From positions 15,066,001-15,130,000 of the forward strand of contig NC_047072.1 of NCBI RefSeq assembly GCF_902459465.1: a stretch of DNA of 64,000 nt, in the 5' to 3' direction. The DNA comes from Asterias rubens (Eukaryota). The position numbers and the translations under genes were made by a program. This document shows positions 11,438-25,006 of the stretch, piece by piece; the first letter of the stretch is position 1; each line of letters starts with the position of its first letter. Under the pieces are notes generated by a model that had not been told where the DNA came from, searched no databases, and saw only the letters and a program-made list of their open reading frames with translations.

Positions 11438-14400
11438 AACAACTTGACCGGGCCGCATAATGTCCACCCCAAGAGTTTGTAGGACTTGTGTATGTGCAGG
11501 TTGTATCAACAGTTTGTTTTTGTATTAAGTATCATAGAGATACAACACTTATTTGTCTGGGATTTTCTCCCAACATGTTGTCGATAAATTGAAGACAACA
11601 ATGTACACTTGTACAGTATAGTCATTGACAAACATGTATTTTGATTGTTAACTAGATTTTGAGGATGTGGTGAGGGTGAGCACATTTTAGCTTTTTTTGG
11701 TTAATCGAACAATAGATTCCTTTGTGTAGCAAGTAGACCTTTATGCTGCAGCCACATTTGTCATATTCCATACACATGTACACTTGATAATTACATCTAA
11801 ACATGGCACAGTCCTTTTCCTTGCCAGCCTTTCTTTCTAGCAGCTTTTGGATAAAGGTCTTTTGCACTGCCACCTCTACAAATAGTCATTCAATATTCCC
11901 AAATAAATGACTTTTTAACTGTTTTGTCCTTTTTGAGCTGATGACATCAACATTCACTTGAGGTATTTGCCTTTTAGTAAAAACCATATTGCTTCTTGAT
12001 TTTCACAATGTATTCATCTTTTGAGATACCTTGAAGCAAGGAGCCTTTGAATTACGCAAAATACAGACCATATCAAAGTAAATTGCACATATTGGAAATA
12101 CCCTTAATAATGTCATTCTTTTATTTTGAATCTGCAGAAGAAGTTGTTCACATAATTTTATGTAGAATCAATGCCGTTAAAAATTGTAAAAACTAAGCAC
12201 AATAAAACTAATCACATTATATCATGCCCCTGCTGTGTACATGTAGCAGATATAAATAAACCGCTTAATTTCCTTGATATGAAAGTCAATTGATTCAGCA
12301 TGTACAAAAAGGTTGACCTATTTTAACATGTTAATTACAAATATTAAATTCATTGTCATGGAAACGTTTAAAATGACACACAGAATATTCCCGTAGAATA
12401 TCTAGTTTTGAAACAAATTAAAAACACAGCATATAGTATCAATTTATTTTGCATTTACTGATCTTCTTTTTCTTGATTTACACTCTTTCTTTATCATTTT
12501 TTAAGTTGGAAGTTTGTGTTGATTGTACAGAGTATATATTTTAACATAATTAATTACGAAAAACCCCTTCTCCTCTCAAATAGATTTGCATTCCTACTGA
12601 AAATAAATTCAAATCAAAGACACAATTTCATTGAGTTCAGTTTATGATATGGTTGACCTAAATTTAAACATGCTGCATTAAACAGTGACATCTGCAAAGA
12701 TCAGATGGTTACAATTAAGAAAATATGATGCCATCAGTAGCAATGACAATGTTATAATGCTAAGATGGGACTCTTAATTGGGCACAAATGGTGATTATTT
12801 GCAGATCTCAAAGTTCATGCAAGTGTTTTGAAGATTAACATCAATGCATGGAATTGACACCTTTAAGATAGAACATGTTCCTCCCTGTTGAAGTCTGTAA
12901 TGAAATTACAAACTGATGTTTAATGTGTTTAATTAAAGTTTGGTGGTTTATGAAACAAACGGTGGCAGTTAATGATTATTTGAAAATAATTTAGGAACAA
13001 GTGATGAAAGCGTAATGTGTTGTTATAACGAATGCGTCCCTACTTTTTCCTTACATTGTACATGTGCACAGTGTACAGTGATACAAATTTGTAAACAAAC
13101 ATTCTTTTGCGGACAAACATTATCAACAATGACCCTCATTCTAATCAGACTTTGAATTATCTAGATAGTTAAAAGTATATTAATTATTTTATTTGTTCAA
13201 TTGTTTAACATGTATTTTCCAACTGTTACGAAAATCTGACATGAGTAGGCAGATAATTTATAGTCTTATGTTTTAATTTTTTTTTTTTTTTTTCTGTAAT
13301 CAGCTGGTTTACTCTCATGAATACTGTACTATAATTGGTTTACATGTAGCTTAGTTTAACCGTTGGTTAACTAAAATTAAATGCATCATATATAACATAA
13401 CTAAAAAATGCGCTTGCCTGGTATTTTTTCTGTCTAAAGATATCTACTACATTAACCACCCCAGTAGTTCAACTTGCACCATTCTTAGTTTTTCACAGAT
13501 GCAAATGACTCATGACATTCATCAATGAGTTATATGGGTGATTTGACAGACACTGTCCATGTCCACAACTGGTTTATTTAATCATAAAGTAAAGGAGTTT
13601 TATGTATATGGACGTTGATAACCATGTCTAATGTCACCAATGTAAGAAAAAGCCTGTTGACTTGCAAATGTTGTTATGGTAATGACTGAGCAGCTGCTTA
13701 TTTCAAGTTGCATGAACAAGCTGAATAATTCAAAGCTAAAATCATACCATGGTGCGAAACCAATTACAATCATCATCTGGGTCCATTTTGAACCATTTAA
13801 TCATGCTTTGGCGTTTTCAGATCACTGCAGGATACCCAGAAAATGCTTGTGTTGTTTCTACTGCCTGAACCAAAGTGAGCTTGTTGTTTCTAGCGCCTGA
13901 ACCAAAGTGAGATTGGTGTGATGGAGCAAAGAAAAATACATGCTAGGTGAAACAATAGCTATCTCTGTTGGTATGCATGTGGTACTAAACAATATCACCA
14001 GTATTATACTTTAAAATGCTGTTGCTTGAAGAATAACAATTATTAAAAAATATTACATTTTATGCATCTGGAATGAAATTCATGTTTATGCAAAGTTGAC
14101 TTCTGTTTTAAAGTTGATGTATTTAGCAAACATATCTGGTTATATTGGCCATATTTTCCAACTTTGTATAGAAATGATTATTGATGATGAATTAAGTTGT
14201 ATTTGTACCAAAAAAGTATAAATGATCGGACTAAGCAATAGGCTGCAATTTGATCAGTTCCCTTCAAGCTTGCATATGGATTTCAGATGTGTGGATACAT
14301 AATAAATGATCATTGTGTATATTGGATATGAAGTCCCACAAGTTGCAGAGTAAGTTCAAATTATAATTGTTGCTTTAGATTAAAGCGTGTACATTATGGA

Positions 14401-15027
14401 CTATTTTTATGTATCGTTCTACATGTATTGTAAAATGCATCAAACAATGTTATTATGGGAACGCGTCTTTACTGCCCAAAACCCCACCAAATCTTTTGTA
14501 CCCTAAATGAGTTATTCTCTTTCAGAAGAAATTCCCTCAAAATCACAGAAACAAATACCAATCATCTACTGCATTATATCATTTAATTTAAATTTCAATC
14601 TGCAGAAAAGCATTCACCAGGCTCCCCTTGCCTGATTCATGTCAATGCAGTATTATAAATCACATGATGATGTGTGGAGAATGGGAAACAAAGGTTTTCT
14701 TTAAAGGTACGCTGTCTGGTGAAAAAAAAACATGCATTTTTAATGAAAGGTAGATGATTGAAGATACATGTACATGCAATATATAACTAGTTTGTATTGT
14801 GCATTTTCTATCTGTTTGTTCCACATATAGAAATATATTCTTTTGGGGGTCAAAATCAGTTATAATATCAGTTACGATTTTGTGATGCCAGTTGTGAGTA
14901 TTTTCATTCAGATACACTTTTTTTTTTAGAAGAAATTCCTTTTATGATGTATCAATAGTAGCTTCGAGTTTGATGAAATTGTTACTTGTTATCTCTGCTG
15001 AACATTTGAATGGAATGTTTTAACTAA

Positions 15028-15103
15028 TTAAATAACTCGTAGCCTTGGATCGGGCGAGTTGGTATTTGAAAAGCGTCCGATCCAAGGCAATGTGTTCCTT
15101 TAA
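15028..15103. mobile_element. Minimal derivative of MITE family D (termini only)
   Basis: gccttggatcgg...ccgatccaaggcaatgtgttcctttaa, same termini as the element at 59466. Confidence 0.65.
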
Positions 15104-16376
15104 CACTGTAATTTGAATTTTGCCCGGTTAAATTTTGTGAAAGTGTTAACCTCGATAGATTTAATACAAATAAAAGAAAAACTAGGGCTCATCTTGGCCA
15201 AACCACTCCCCTTCATATGTTTAATTAAATTATAATTGTCTAGCTGGATGTCTCACTTATAAGCAAATTATTTTGGTTTTGTTTTATATATCTTCATGTA
15301 TAGGCTATGTATTGAATCAATGACATAACATTAAAATTGCTTTAACTGACGTTGTACATTGATTGGAATTGTGTATAAATTCCTGTTTGTGTCTGATCAC
15401 TGTTGACTGAATGAATACAAACTTATTTATACATTTATTCTTATGCAACAATCTATCCATACTGATAACAATTATCTCCAAAAATAAAGAAAAAATTGAC
15501 AAACAATATAAATATTGAGTTACTGCACACATAAGTGTTTATTTAAAACTGTACACATCACACTTAATTTGTCTTTGAAATTAATTGTGAACTCAAAACA
15601 AACTATTTACAACACTGATAATTTCTTTTTAACAAAAATGGTTTGTAAATCTTTTGAAGTATTTAAGCACAACATTTACTCAAGAAGTTGTTCAATTTGG
15701 CCAATGTCAGTTTGGCCAATGCTATGGTTGATCACAATTTGTAAAGCTGCAGGCTAAAATATTCAATGAAGAGAATTTTATATTTCAAATCTTGGGAATG
15801 AATGTTAATCAATACTTAATGGGACAAAGTGTACCAAAAGTTTGTTCGTTAAAATATTTAGCAAGCTGAGGTTTCACTCCATTGCAAGGTAGCTTGTACC
15901 ATTTTGAAATGGCCTCAAACGAAAGCTGATATTTTAAAAAACCTCGCCGTTTAAATTTTGTAAATATTTAGTACTTTTTAGGAGACAGTACCTTGTCTTA
16001 ATTAAATTACAGCCCTGACACCAATTAGAAGCGAGGCAGCATAGGCAATCGCCTCCATGCCTTGTCAATTCCTGGGTGCCCCTAAAAATATCCTGTAGAA
16101 ATTGAAACTTCCCCCCATAGAGATATCCTTTACCAAGGAAAAATTGCCTTTCCCCGTCCTTATACCAATGAAAAACACATTTAAAACAAAAATTTCATTT
16201 TGCATTGTTTTTTAAAGTTAAATAGCCTAGGTTGGAAAAATAATAACATTATGGTAAAATAAAAAAGATAAACCAATTTATCGAGTAGTTGATATAAAAA
16301 AGTTGTGGTGATTCTACATAAAGCTTTGGTCGGTTGACTTGTCGGAGAAGATGTACATGTGGATTGTATGTAAAGA

Positions 16377-19300
16377 TCAAGGTCGAAATACTCCACAATC
16401 AACAACCTTGCATTCTTTCTTGGGACGCTCATTATAAGTCTCTTGTTTTTCCAGGAAGTCCAGCAAGTATGTTCCTTCAATCACTTTCCTGAAGATAAAA
16501 TAAAGCAATGAAAATAAGATATAATTACAACTGTGAAAGATATTTTGTAAGCATTACTTGCAGCAAGGATTACTTCAGTTATTTTCTTTGGATTTCTATC
16601 CGAGGCATTAGTCAATATCTACAGTCAATTCAAAACAACCTGAATACCACTGATATTATTCATTCCATTTGTGATAATGGTGCACTGTACTTACCCAAAT
16701 GCCACATATTTAGTGTCCATCCAAGGAGCTGGTTGGAAGGTAATATAGTACTGAGAGCCATTAGTGTGTCTTCCTTGATTGGCCATTCCTAGGATACCTC
16801 TTGAAGTGTGCTTGACCGAGTAATTCTCATCTAGAACAATAAAGAACATACACAAAAGTAAAACAATTACCTCAATCTTCAAAGCAGTGTTATCAAAGAC
16901 AATGATATGGTACACATTGAGAACCACAAATTGAATCATTTACCTTCAAAGAACTGTCCATAAATAGCCTCTCCACCATCACCTTTACTAAACAGGATAT
17001 CTGAAATTCAATAAACAAATAGATTTGTTATTATATAATGAGCTTATAAATACACCACTGAATTTTTCTTAACATCAGAGCAACAAATCTCTGCAGTTTT
17101 GTAACCTATAGCTCCTTCATGAACTAACATTAATAATGAATTCCTGCACAGGTCGAATGTTGTGTATTGTGGCTGAGCTCGAGCTCTAGTGGCCGAGTCA
17201 TTACAGTGCGAGTTTGATATCCCGGTCATGACACTAGTGTTCTTAAGCAAGACTTTACGATGATTGCTATGCATCACCCTAAGGAGATGAGATGGTGTCA
17301 GGAATTCTAAAGACCTGATGGACAGGGATTATTATATTGGAAGGCACTTGAGGGGCCCACAATCAACATTATAATAAGTACACAATGTAGACCCTTGCAG
17401 ACTTGCATGCAGCTACATTAATAGTCCACACTAACCCCCTTAGTTACTAATTCATAAATCAATTTGTTGATACATGAAGATAGTCTTACCTCCACCCTGC
17501 AGCCAACCATTGGGTACTATTCTGTGAATAATACTCTCCTTGTAATGATATTTCATCAGTGTCTCATCTGTCTTATGTCCTTTCTCACCAGTACACAAAG
17601 CTCGGAAATTCTCGCAGGTTCTTGGGCATTTGTCTGTGTACAACTGTTTCACAATAAAGAGAAAATATCAAAGTTATTGGAGATAACTGTGTATGAATTT
17701 AATCGTATCATGCACATGGCAATTCACTAAACAGAATATCAGACAAAAGCTTTCCAAACAAAATGGCACATGATATAAATCCAAAGCGTACTAACGGCTG
17801 ATTGGCCTCACACTTCAAGAATAACCCTTGTTTCTCATCGGATGTTAAAATCTTAACAGAGTTTTAATTCAAAATTCACATTGATTTTAAAGTTACTGAC
17901 AAAGAAACTTACCTCAAACAGTAACCTCTGACATGGTTCCTCATTGATAGAAATATCCAAATAAACAAAAGTATGCTGTTAAAGCAAACAGAAAAAAATG
18001 AATGTTTATTAACTGTAGGAAATGAAGGTATGATTTAAAAGTGAAATGTAACACATAATTTATTTACCATCAATAAGGATCCACATCCTCTCAACTTTTA
18101 CAGCAGATGTCAAACAGTTTGTCATTCACACATAGTGTTTACCATTAAGCATTAAGCAAATTTGTTTGCTTACTACATGTATAGTCTAAATACCTGCCAA
18201 GCAAAAGTGTATTGCATAAATGTTCAAGAAGATTTCACAACAGTTATACACTTATGGATTTGCATCATTCATCTTGTTGTAAAAACTGCTGGCAAGTTGG
18301 CGTTAAGTTTGATTTGTAACAGTAAGCAACAGTTATGCAATAAATGTCTTCTTACAGGTTTTGTCAAAACAGTCCCATCCTAATTTCAGACTAAAACTGT
18401 CACACAACCTTGAACATTTGAATGCAGTAAGCAGAATAATCCCATAGCTAATAAATCATGACTTACCCCAGTACCATTGAGATAGTCTTTGTATGCTTCC
18501 TCAGCGTAAGCCAGTAACAATTCCTTTGGACGGTAAGAGTTGAAGCTCCAGTGCTGTGTTGCCCAATTATCTAAATCTGTTGGACCACCTATTTTAAAGC
18601 AGAAACCAATGCCAACATTTGTTTTTAAAGTATTACAAGTAAAACAAAACAAAGAACCAGGAGACAGATTGTATTTCCAATTTTTAAATGTAACAGTTCA
18701 CATTGAATTCAATGTCGGTACGGATGTGAATACAGTACAAACAAAACTTGTGTAACCTTTTAGCCTGTCTGTATCCATTTTGAAAGAAACAACGAAACCC
18801 TACACAATCTACCCAATGTTTAGTGAGACTTACCTATCAGATCACTGTCTAGATACGCAATGGCTTTATCTTCAAATACCCAAGTCTCTCCTCGCAAGGA
18901 TTTCCTTTCATCTCTTAGATACATCTCCCATTCAAACTCAAGTAGACCCTGGATCTGCGGTGTTGCAAACTTGTCAGGGTTGTTCTGATAAAGATCCTGT
19001 CAAAATAGAACATTTGTAAACCACCATTCACGTGTACATGATGTATGCCTGTAGAAGGCTACTGATCATGATCATGTTAAGACTAGCACTGCCATTATAA
19101 GATTGTGCAATCCTATCATTTCAATAACCAATGTAGTTCATAAGTCAGAAAATTTAAACTTTCAATATATTTCAGAAAGTTAATCATATAGAATCAATCA
19201 TGAAAAGAATAGGGGCATGTATTGTTTTGTTCTGCTTGTATTTGTTGACCATACTCTGTAATAAGAGATTTAGAGAAACATTGTAATATGGAGACCATGG

Positions 19301-20348
19301 ACAGAGATGGATGGACTTAGTGTTTAACGTTAACCGCGACAGTTACTGTAGACTCATCATTAGATAGGATTCATGACTGACAATCAAGAAACACAAATGT
19401 TTTTCTATCACTACTATTTCTAACATACCACTGTAGTAAGTGAAACACTGGGTCATAACACTACAGTAATAAAACTCGCAGTGATAATAATAACATGATA
19501 TGAGTGAAACCATTTAAAATAGATAGCAATACTTGGAATAAAAAAGTTGACCTTGAAATTTAAATAAAAATGGTTAGGTCTGAAATAAGTATAGGCTAAA
19601 TCAGATGAAAACAAGTATTAATTAAATATAACACTTTTAATCTTAAAAATAATCAAGTTCAAACAACCAAAATAAATATTGTTATCTGACCTTTCCTAAT
19701 CCATCCTATTCCATGATTATGTATTCCTACTCAATGGTCATGGTCGTAATAGAAAGGACTTTAATTTACTTTACATGCTTTTACAGTTTGCCAAATATCA
19801 ATTTATTGTAAATACAGTACAGATAGGGAAGATTTATTATTCATTTCATGCTACAAATCAATAGGCCTACCAAAACCATAGCACTTTTTAATTCATGCAC
19901 ATGTATGCTCTCTTGTTGTAGCAAATGTTTCTACATTAATTAAACTCAAATTTACGGCCTTACAAAAAAGGAAAGAATGACATTGGTGCCAAACAGAGCC
20001 AAACACTAACAACAGTGCATGATATTGATAAAGATGTGAACGGTTAACTAAAAACTGCCACTGTCAGCATCATGAGCAGATGAGCGAGCATGGTCAGTGT
20101 CACTACAGTACACTGCTGAGCCTGAGTTGAGTAGTGTAGTGTGACCTGTGTCAGAACAAGCGAAACTGTCAAATATACGGCCTACAAAACAAAAAGACAC
20201 AAAGAAGTGATTGGTAGAAATGTAAATACATTAGATTAGAGGCGTTTATACCATGGAGACTAACCTGAGCGCAGGATCTTGCCTGGTGAAAGCTGGGATC
20301 GGGTAATAACCCGACCACTCGAAGTTGAAGCTGCTTTCCGCTCGCCAT
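16377..20348 (-). CDS. PPIL6: Peptidyl-prolyl isomerase-like 6 (cyclophilin domain), 296 aa, 8 exons
   Basis: Exons 20265-20348, 18834-18996, 18467-18588, 17913-17975, 17490-17643, 16944-17000, 16695-16830, 16377-16488 (891 nt). PPIL6-type N-terminus [22 protein letters not shown]...LLEFEW...LRGETW. Cyclophilin core [46 protein letters not shown]. Confidence 0.95.
17165..17360 (+). mobile_element. Degenerate tRNA-SINE remnant in PPIL6 intron
   Basis: gtggctgag...gagtttgatatcccggtcatgacactagtgttcttaagcaagact resembles the B-box/CORE segment of the other SINEs. Confidence 0.5.
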
Positions 20349-22242
20349 TTTGCAATTAGTCTGGAGTACAGCAATTTGTTTTGATTCAAAACGGCCTAGT
20401 TTGGGCGTCTGTTTCCAGAGTACTATTTGGTTGCTATGTATACAACAAGTTCATGCAGGCGGGGGATCGGAGGGGGTGGGGGCAAATGCAGCAATTTTTG
20501 GCTTTTCAGATGATTACAAGAAGAAACAAATGGGAGTCGATGAATAGTTCAACTTTTAAACGTCCCGATTCTGTGCTAATTTGAAAATAAACACGATTCT
20601 AGAATGCTAAAACAGACTTTAGTCGTCATGAAAACAAATTAACACGAGAGGGCGCTGTTCTACTTTAGTGGTAATTTTGATGTCGTCTGCAACAATCAAA
20701 TAATCAGCCGACCGATACAAAAATTACCATTTATACCGAGAAAAAATCTATGGAAAGCTCAGAAATTACTTGTAATTCTTAATCATGTATAACGAACTAC
20801 ATTATTTTTGCAAATACGTAAATAAAAACGTGCAAGTAAGTAAGTATTGAGGCAGGGAACCAATCCGAAGGACATGGGACCAGTCTAATATGGGTTCTTG
20901 AAAACACAAGAGGGCGCCATTTCACTTTAATGGTCTCCCTTTTCCACCTGTTTTCAATAAATAAATCATTTTGCACTGGTCGGTACTGCGGTCGGTCATG
21001 GAGCAAGTCGGTCAACGACAACAGGAACTTAGTGTTTCGTTTGATATCACTTCATTACGATAAAATAGCTTGAATAAAACGACATGCATGTTGTCAGTTT
21101 CAATAAAAAATAATCCATTTATTATTAGCGCCCTCAATTGATTGCAAACGGCCAAGAACAACACTTTGGTCACCTGACAGCCTGAGCAGCGGCCCTCTCC
21201 CCCCGAACCGTCGTCAAAAGAAGGGTGTAATCAAGCGAAGCTGACAATTGTTTTGTGCTTTTACAATCCAACACCTTCCCTAAAATTTTTAGTAAAATTA
21301 TCCAATTTGCCCAGTAAAGAAACAAGACCATTCGTGCATCCACGTGGTAAGAAAAGCTTTTTTTTTTAAACTAACAACACTCAGCAGAGTCAGACTCGGC
21401 CTCAGACTCGAGTGAGAGTCAGATTGTATTATAAATAATGTTATGTAATGATTGTGTTTTTAGAAGGTAAACATTTTTATTGAAAGATTTTGTGTTCTTA
21501 TTCAGGAGTAAGGGTTTACTGAGTTTCAGTATAGAGTAAGTCATTGCTTCACATTGCTCGTCTATTCGTTGCTACTTTACTTGATAGACTATAGTATTAC
21601 TATTAGGATTACCTTCAGCTAACTGCACTACATGTATACTACTGACAACAACAGAACAAGTGGTGATGAGTGTGGATCATTGATCCTTTTCGAATGTTAA
21701 ACTTAAAACACTTAACAACTGTTTTTAAGTGTTGGTGTTGTACTGTACAGGTGTATTAATAGTAGTATATTTCAGCCAATACAGTATGATTTGCGACTCT
21801 AAGTCTTAGCAAACTGGCGCACTGGTCGATGCATCAGAAAGGGCTCCCTCGATGATATGGTCAGTGCATGTGGTGCGCATGTATAATGTAGTAATTTAAG
21901 CTATCATTTATATGTCAACAGTCACAGGCTTGCCATGATCATGGCATTGTTGACAACAGTTCCCCTTTAAAGACAAAGTTACTAGGATTTTAAAACTACA
22001 ATTTGAATAATGACAAACTAAAATAACCGTCACAGCTTGCAATACATCATCAAAAGACCCAAACAGTCTCCTCACCAGCACTAATGAAGAGCTGTATTGG
22101 CAGAGAGTCTCCCGTATGGCATACATGCGTGCATGTTTCCATGGTTTGACATCAAACATGGCTGCCGCTGCAAGAGCTTTATTGGTAACTAGTAGTCTGA
22201 CACTGTGTTTGATATGATCTTATCCTGATAGATTAGAGTAAC
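20349..22242. promoter_or_regulatory. Divergent promoter region of PPIL6 and CRYL1
   Basis: Head-to-head genes with locally CpG-rich sequence. CTCF-like AGAGGGCGC motifs at 20643, 20905, 21126. X-box-like GTTGCTATG at 20430. Candidate CRYL1 UTR donor at 21347. Confidence 0.6.
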
Positions 22243-25006
22243 ATGGCAGCCATAACAAGAAAAGGGAAAGTTGGTGTCATTGGCAGGTGAGTGATAGACA
22301 TTCTAAATCAATTGAACATTCTGAACACGGTGAGATCAATTCAGTATCAGACTGAAAGTCATGAACCAGGTGTTACAAGAAACCAATTAGGAACGAAGTG
22401 ATGCCCAAGTCAGCCATCTCAAAGGGTTATAGTAAAGCCATTTGGGTTTGTAAGAACAACCCCCCCCCCCCAACCCCCTCTACACACCCAAACATCCCCA
22501 TTCCTGATACAAGATGATGTGTGACGTGAATAACCATTTACCAACATTCTTTCCTACTTTGCTAGTGGTCTGATTGGAAGGAGTTGGGCCTTGATCTTTG
22601 TTGGCGCAGGTTACAATGTCACCATATATGACATTGAACAATCACAGGTAAGCTTATTGGGTTTTTTTCTCCCTTAAAGCCATTGGACCCTTTCGGTAAA
22701 CAGTGTTGTCCAAGGCCCACACTTTGTGTACCACAACTTCTATATCAAATAACAAACCTGTGAAAATTTAGGCTCAATCGGTCATCGGAGTCGGGAGAAA
22801 ACAACGGAAAAACCCACGATTGTTTCCGCGTGTTTCGCCGTGTCATGACATGTGTTTCAAATAAATCCGTAATTCTCGTTAACGAGAATTTATATTGTTT
22901 TGCTGTTTTCTCAAAAAGTAAAGCATTTCATGGAATAATATTTCAAGAGAAGTCTTTCACCATTGCCTTCTGTAAACTCTGTGAGTTATTTGTAAATCTG
23001 TGAATTTTTTTTTTTTTTTCCTGAACCGAAAGGGTCCAATGGCTTTAAAGTCCACCCAAATTTGACAGACAAACTTCAGGAATGTCCTTGTTCTTCCCTT
23101 CTTTCTTGCTACCCCACCAGAGTTGTTCTGAATACTAATAGATTGATTATCTTTCAGTTGACCAATGCCCTCACTGACATTGAAAAGCAGTTAGAGGAAC
23201 TAAAGAAGTCTGGTCTGTTAAGAGGCTCACTGTCTCCTGAGCAACAGAGGGCGCTAATCAGTGTTACCATGGAGATGAAGGATGCAGTCACTGGTGCCGT
23301 GCATGTACAGGTTGGTTCAAATTGACTTTGGATTTATTAATGTTATGAAATCATAACAAGTATTCCATGTCGAATTTAACCTGGAAAACATTTCTTACAG
23401 TGATGGGTCGCACACTATTTTTATTATGATGTGTACCCTATCCATAATAAGAGTTGATTTTACTTGTTTTTCTTGTCAGGAATGTGTGCCAGAGAATGAA
23501 GATCTTAAGAGGAAAGTCTTTATGCAGATGGAACAGTACGCTGATGATTCTACTGTCCTTTGTAGTTCTACATCCTGTATAGTGCCTTCTAAATTCACTG
23601 ATCAACTCAAACGCCGCAACCAATGCATTGTGGCCCATCCAGTAAGTAATATGGACAAGGAATGTGGGATACTACTTTATAAGCTTTTGGTCATAAAGGA
23701 ACATGATTGTTTCACGTTGTGTTTATTTTGTTATATCTTTGATTACAGTGTAACCCACCGTACTATTGCCCTCTAGTGGAGATCATACCCAACCCTTGGA
23801 CTGACCAGTCCATTATGTCACGTACCCGGTCACTACTAGAGGAAGTTGGTCAGGTTCCTGTGACGGTCAAGAGAGAGATTGATGGGTTTGCTTTGAACCG
23901 TATGCAGTATGCCCTCGTCAATGAAGCCTGGAGGTTGGTTGCTGTAAGTATTAGTGAAACTCTCTCATTGGCAGTTACTGTGCTATGTGGGAGCCACTTT
24001 CTTTGATCCAACTTTCAACCAATCCCTGTATACAATCATTGGCTAATGGCTCTAGTATCAATGCAGGGATGAAGCCATATTCATAGTCAAGTAGTATCAA
24101 ACACAAATAATTCTTGCTTAGCAGAATCGGTCAACCAGTCAAACTATCGGGTCATGCAGAGTGTTTGGGAATGATTCCCTGCTAAAATTCTTGCTTAGCA
24201 GAACAATATGCTGAGTACCATTTTCTGCTTAGTTGCTTTATGAAATTATACACAGCACAGTTGTCTTGAGCACAGCTCTATGCTATTGAGAGTAGAAAAG
24301 AAACATATTCTTACCAGTCTCCTTGATCTGACTCTCTGTGCACAGGATGGTGTGATGTCATCAGAAGATGTGGACAAGGTTTTCACAGCTGGATTGGGAA
24401 TGCGATATGCGTTCTGTGGACCATTTGAAGTCATTCACCTCAATGCTGAGGGTAAGGATAAAGTTCAAAATCAAAACATAATCAGACTCGTTAATTTCTA
24501 CCTCGGTTACACCATTTCATCCCGACCAAAATGACAGGCTTGGTCAATCCATGCAAATGGCTCTTTCTCACTCTCTGAAAGGGAATCAACCGAATGCTAC
24601 TCCTGGGGCAATTATAATGCAAAGTTACATTGTTATATTGTTTTGTGAAATGAGCACTTGTATTAGCAAACTGTGTTTTTGTGAGACCAGAGAGAAATAT
24701 TGGATTACAATTCCAAAGTTAAGTTTGTCTAAACTTGAAGAAGGAATTGTTTAGTGAAGTGGCTCGTTCAATTGCTTGTCATTTCCAGGTACATCCAGCT
24801 ACATGGAACGTTACGGTCCCACTATCAACAGAGTCACTTCATCATTTGGACCACCTCCAACCTTCAAGGAAGAAGGCAGTCATGCTATTTTTGCAGAAAG
24901 TGCTGCAAGATTTCCACTTGATCAACTGCAGGAGAGACGTCAATGGCGAGATAGAAGACTGGTTGCCTTGGCTAAACTCAAACATGACATGAATTCTAAA
25001 GAGTAA
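22243..25006 (+). CDS. CRYL1: Lambda-crystallin homolog / L-gulonate 3-dehydrogenase, 319 aa, 7 exons
   Basis: Exons 22243-22286, 22566-22647, 23158-23310, 23480-23641, 23749-23943, 24346-24451, 24789-25006 (960 nt). Rossmann [21 protein letters not shown], catalytic [38 protein letters not shown]. Confidence 0.97.
22674..23048. mobile_element. TTAA-flanked MITE family B in CRYL1 intron 2
   Basis: Perfect terminal inverted repeats ttaaagccattggaccctttcggt / accgaaagggtccaatggctttaa. Confidence 0.9.

Noticed and set aside
20235-20400. Structured GC-rich segment initially resembling an snRNA
   Set aside because: It is PPIL6 coding exon 1 on the minus strand (ATG 20348, donor 20264).
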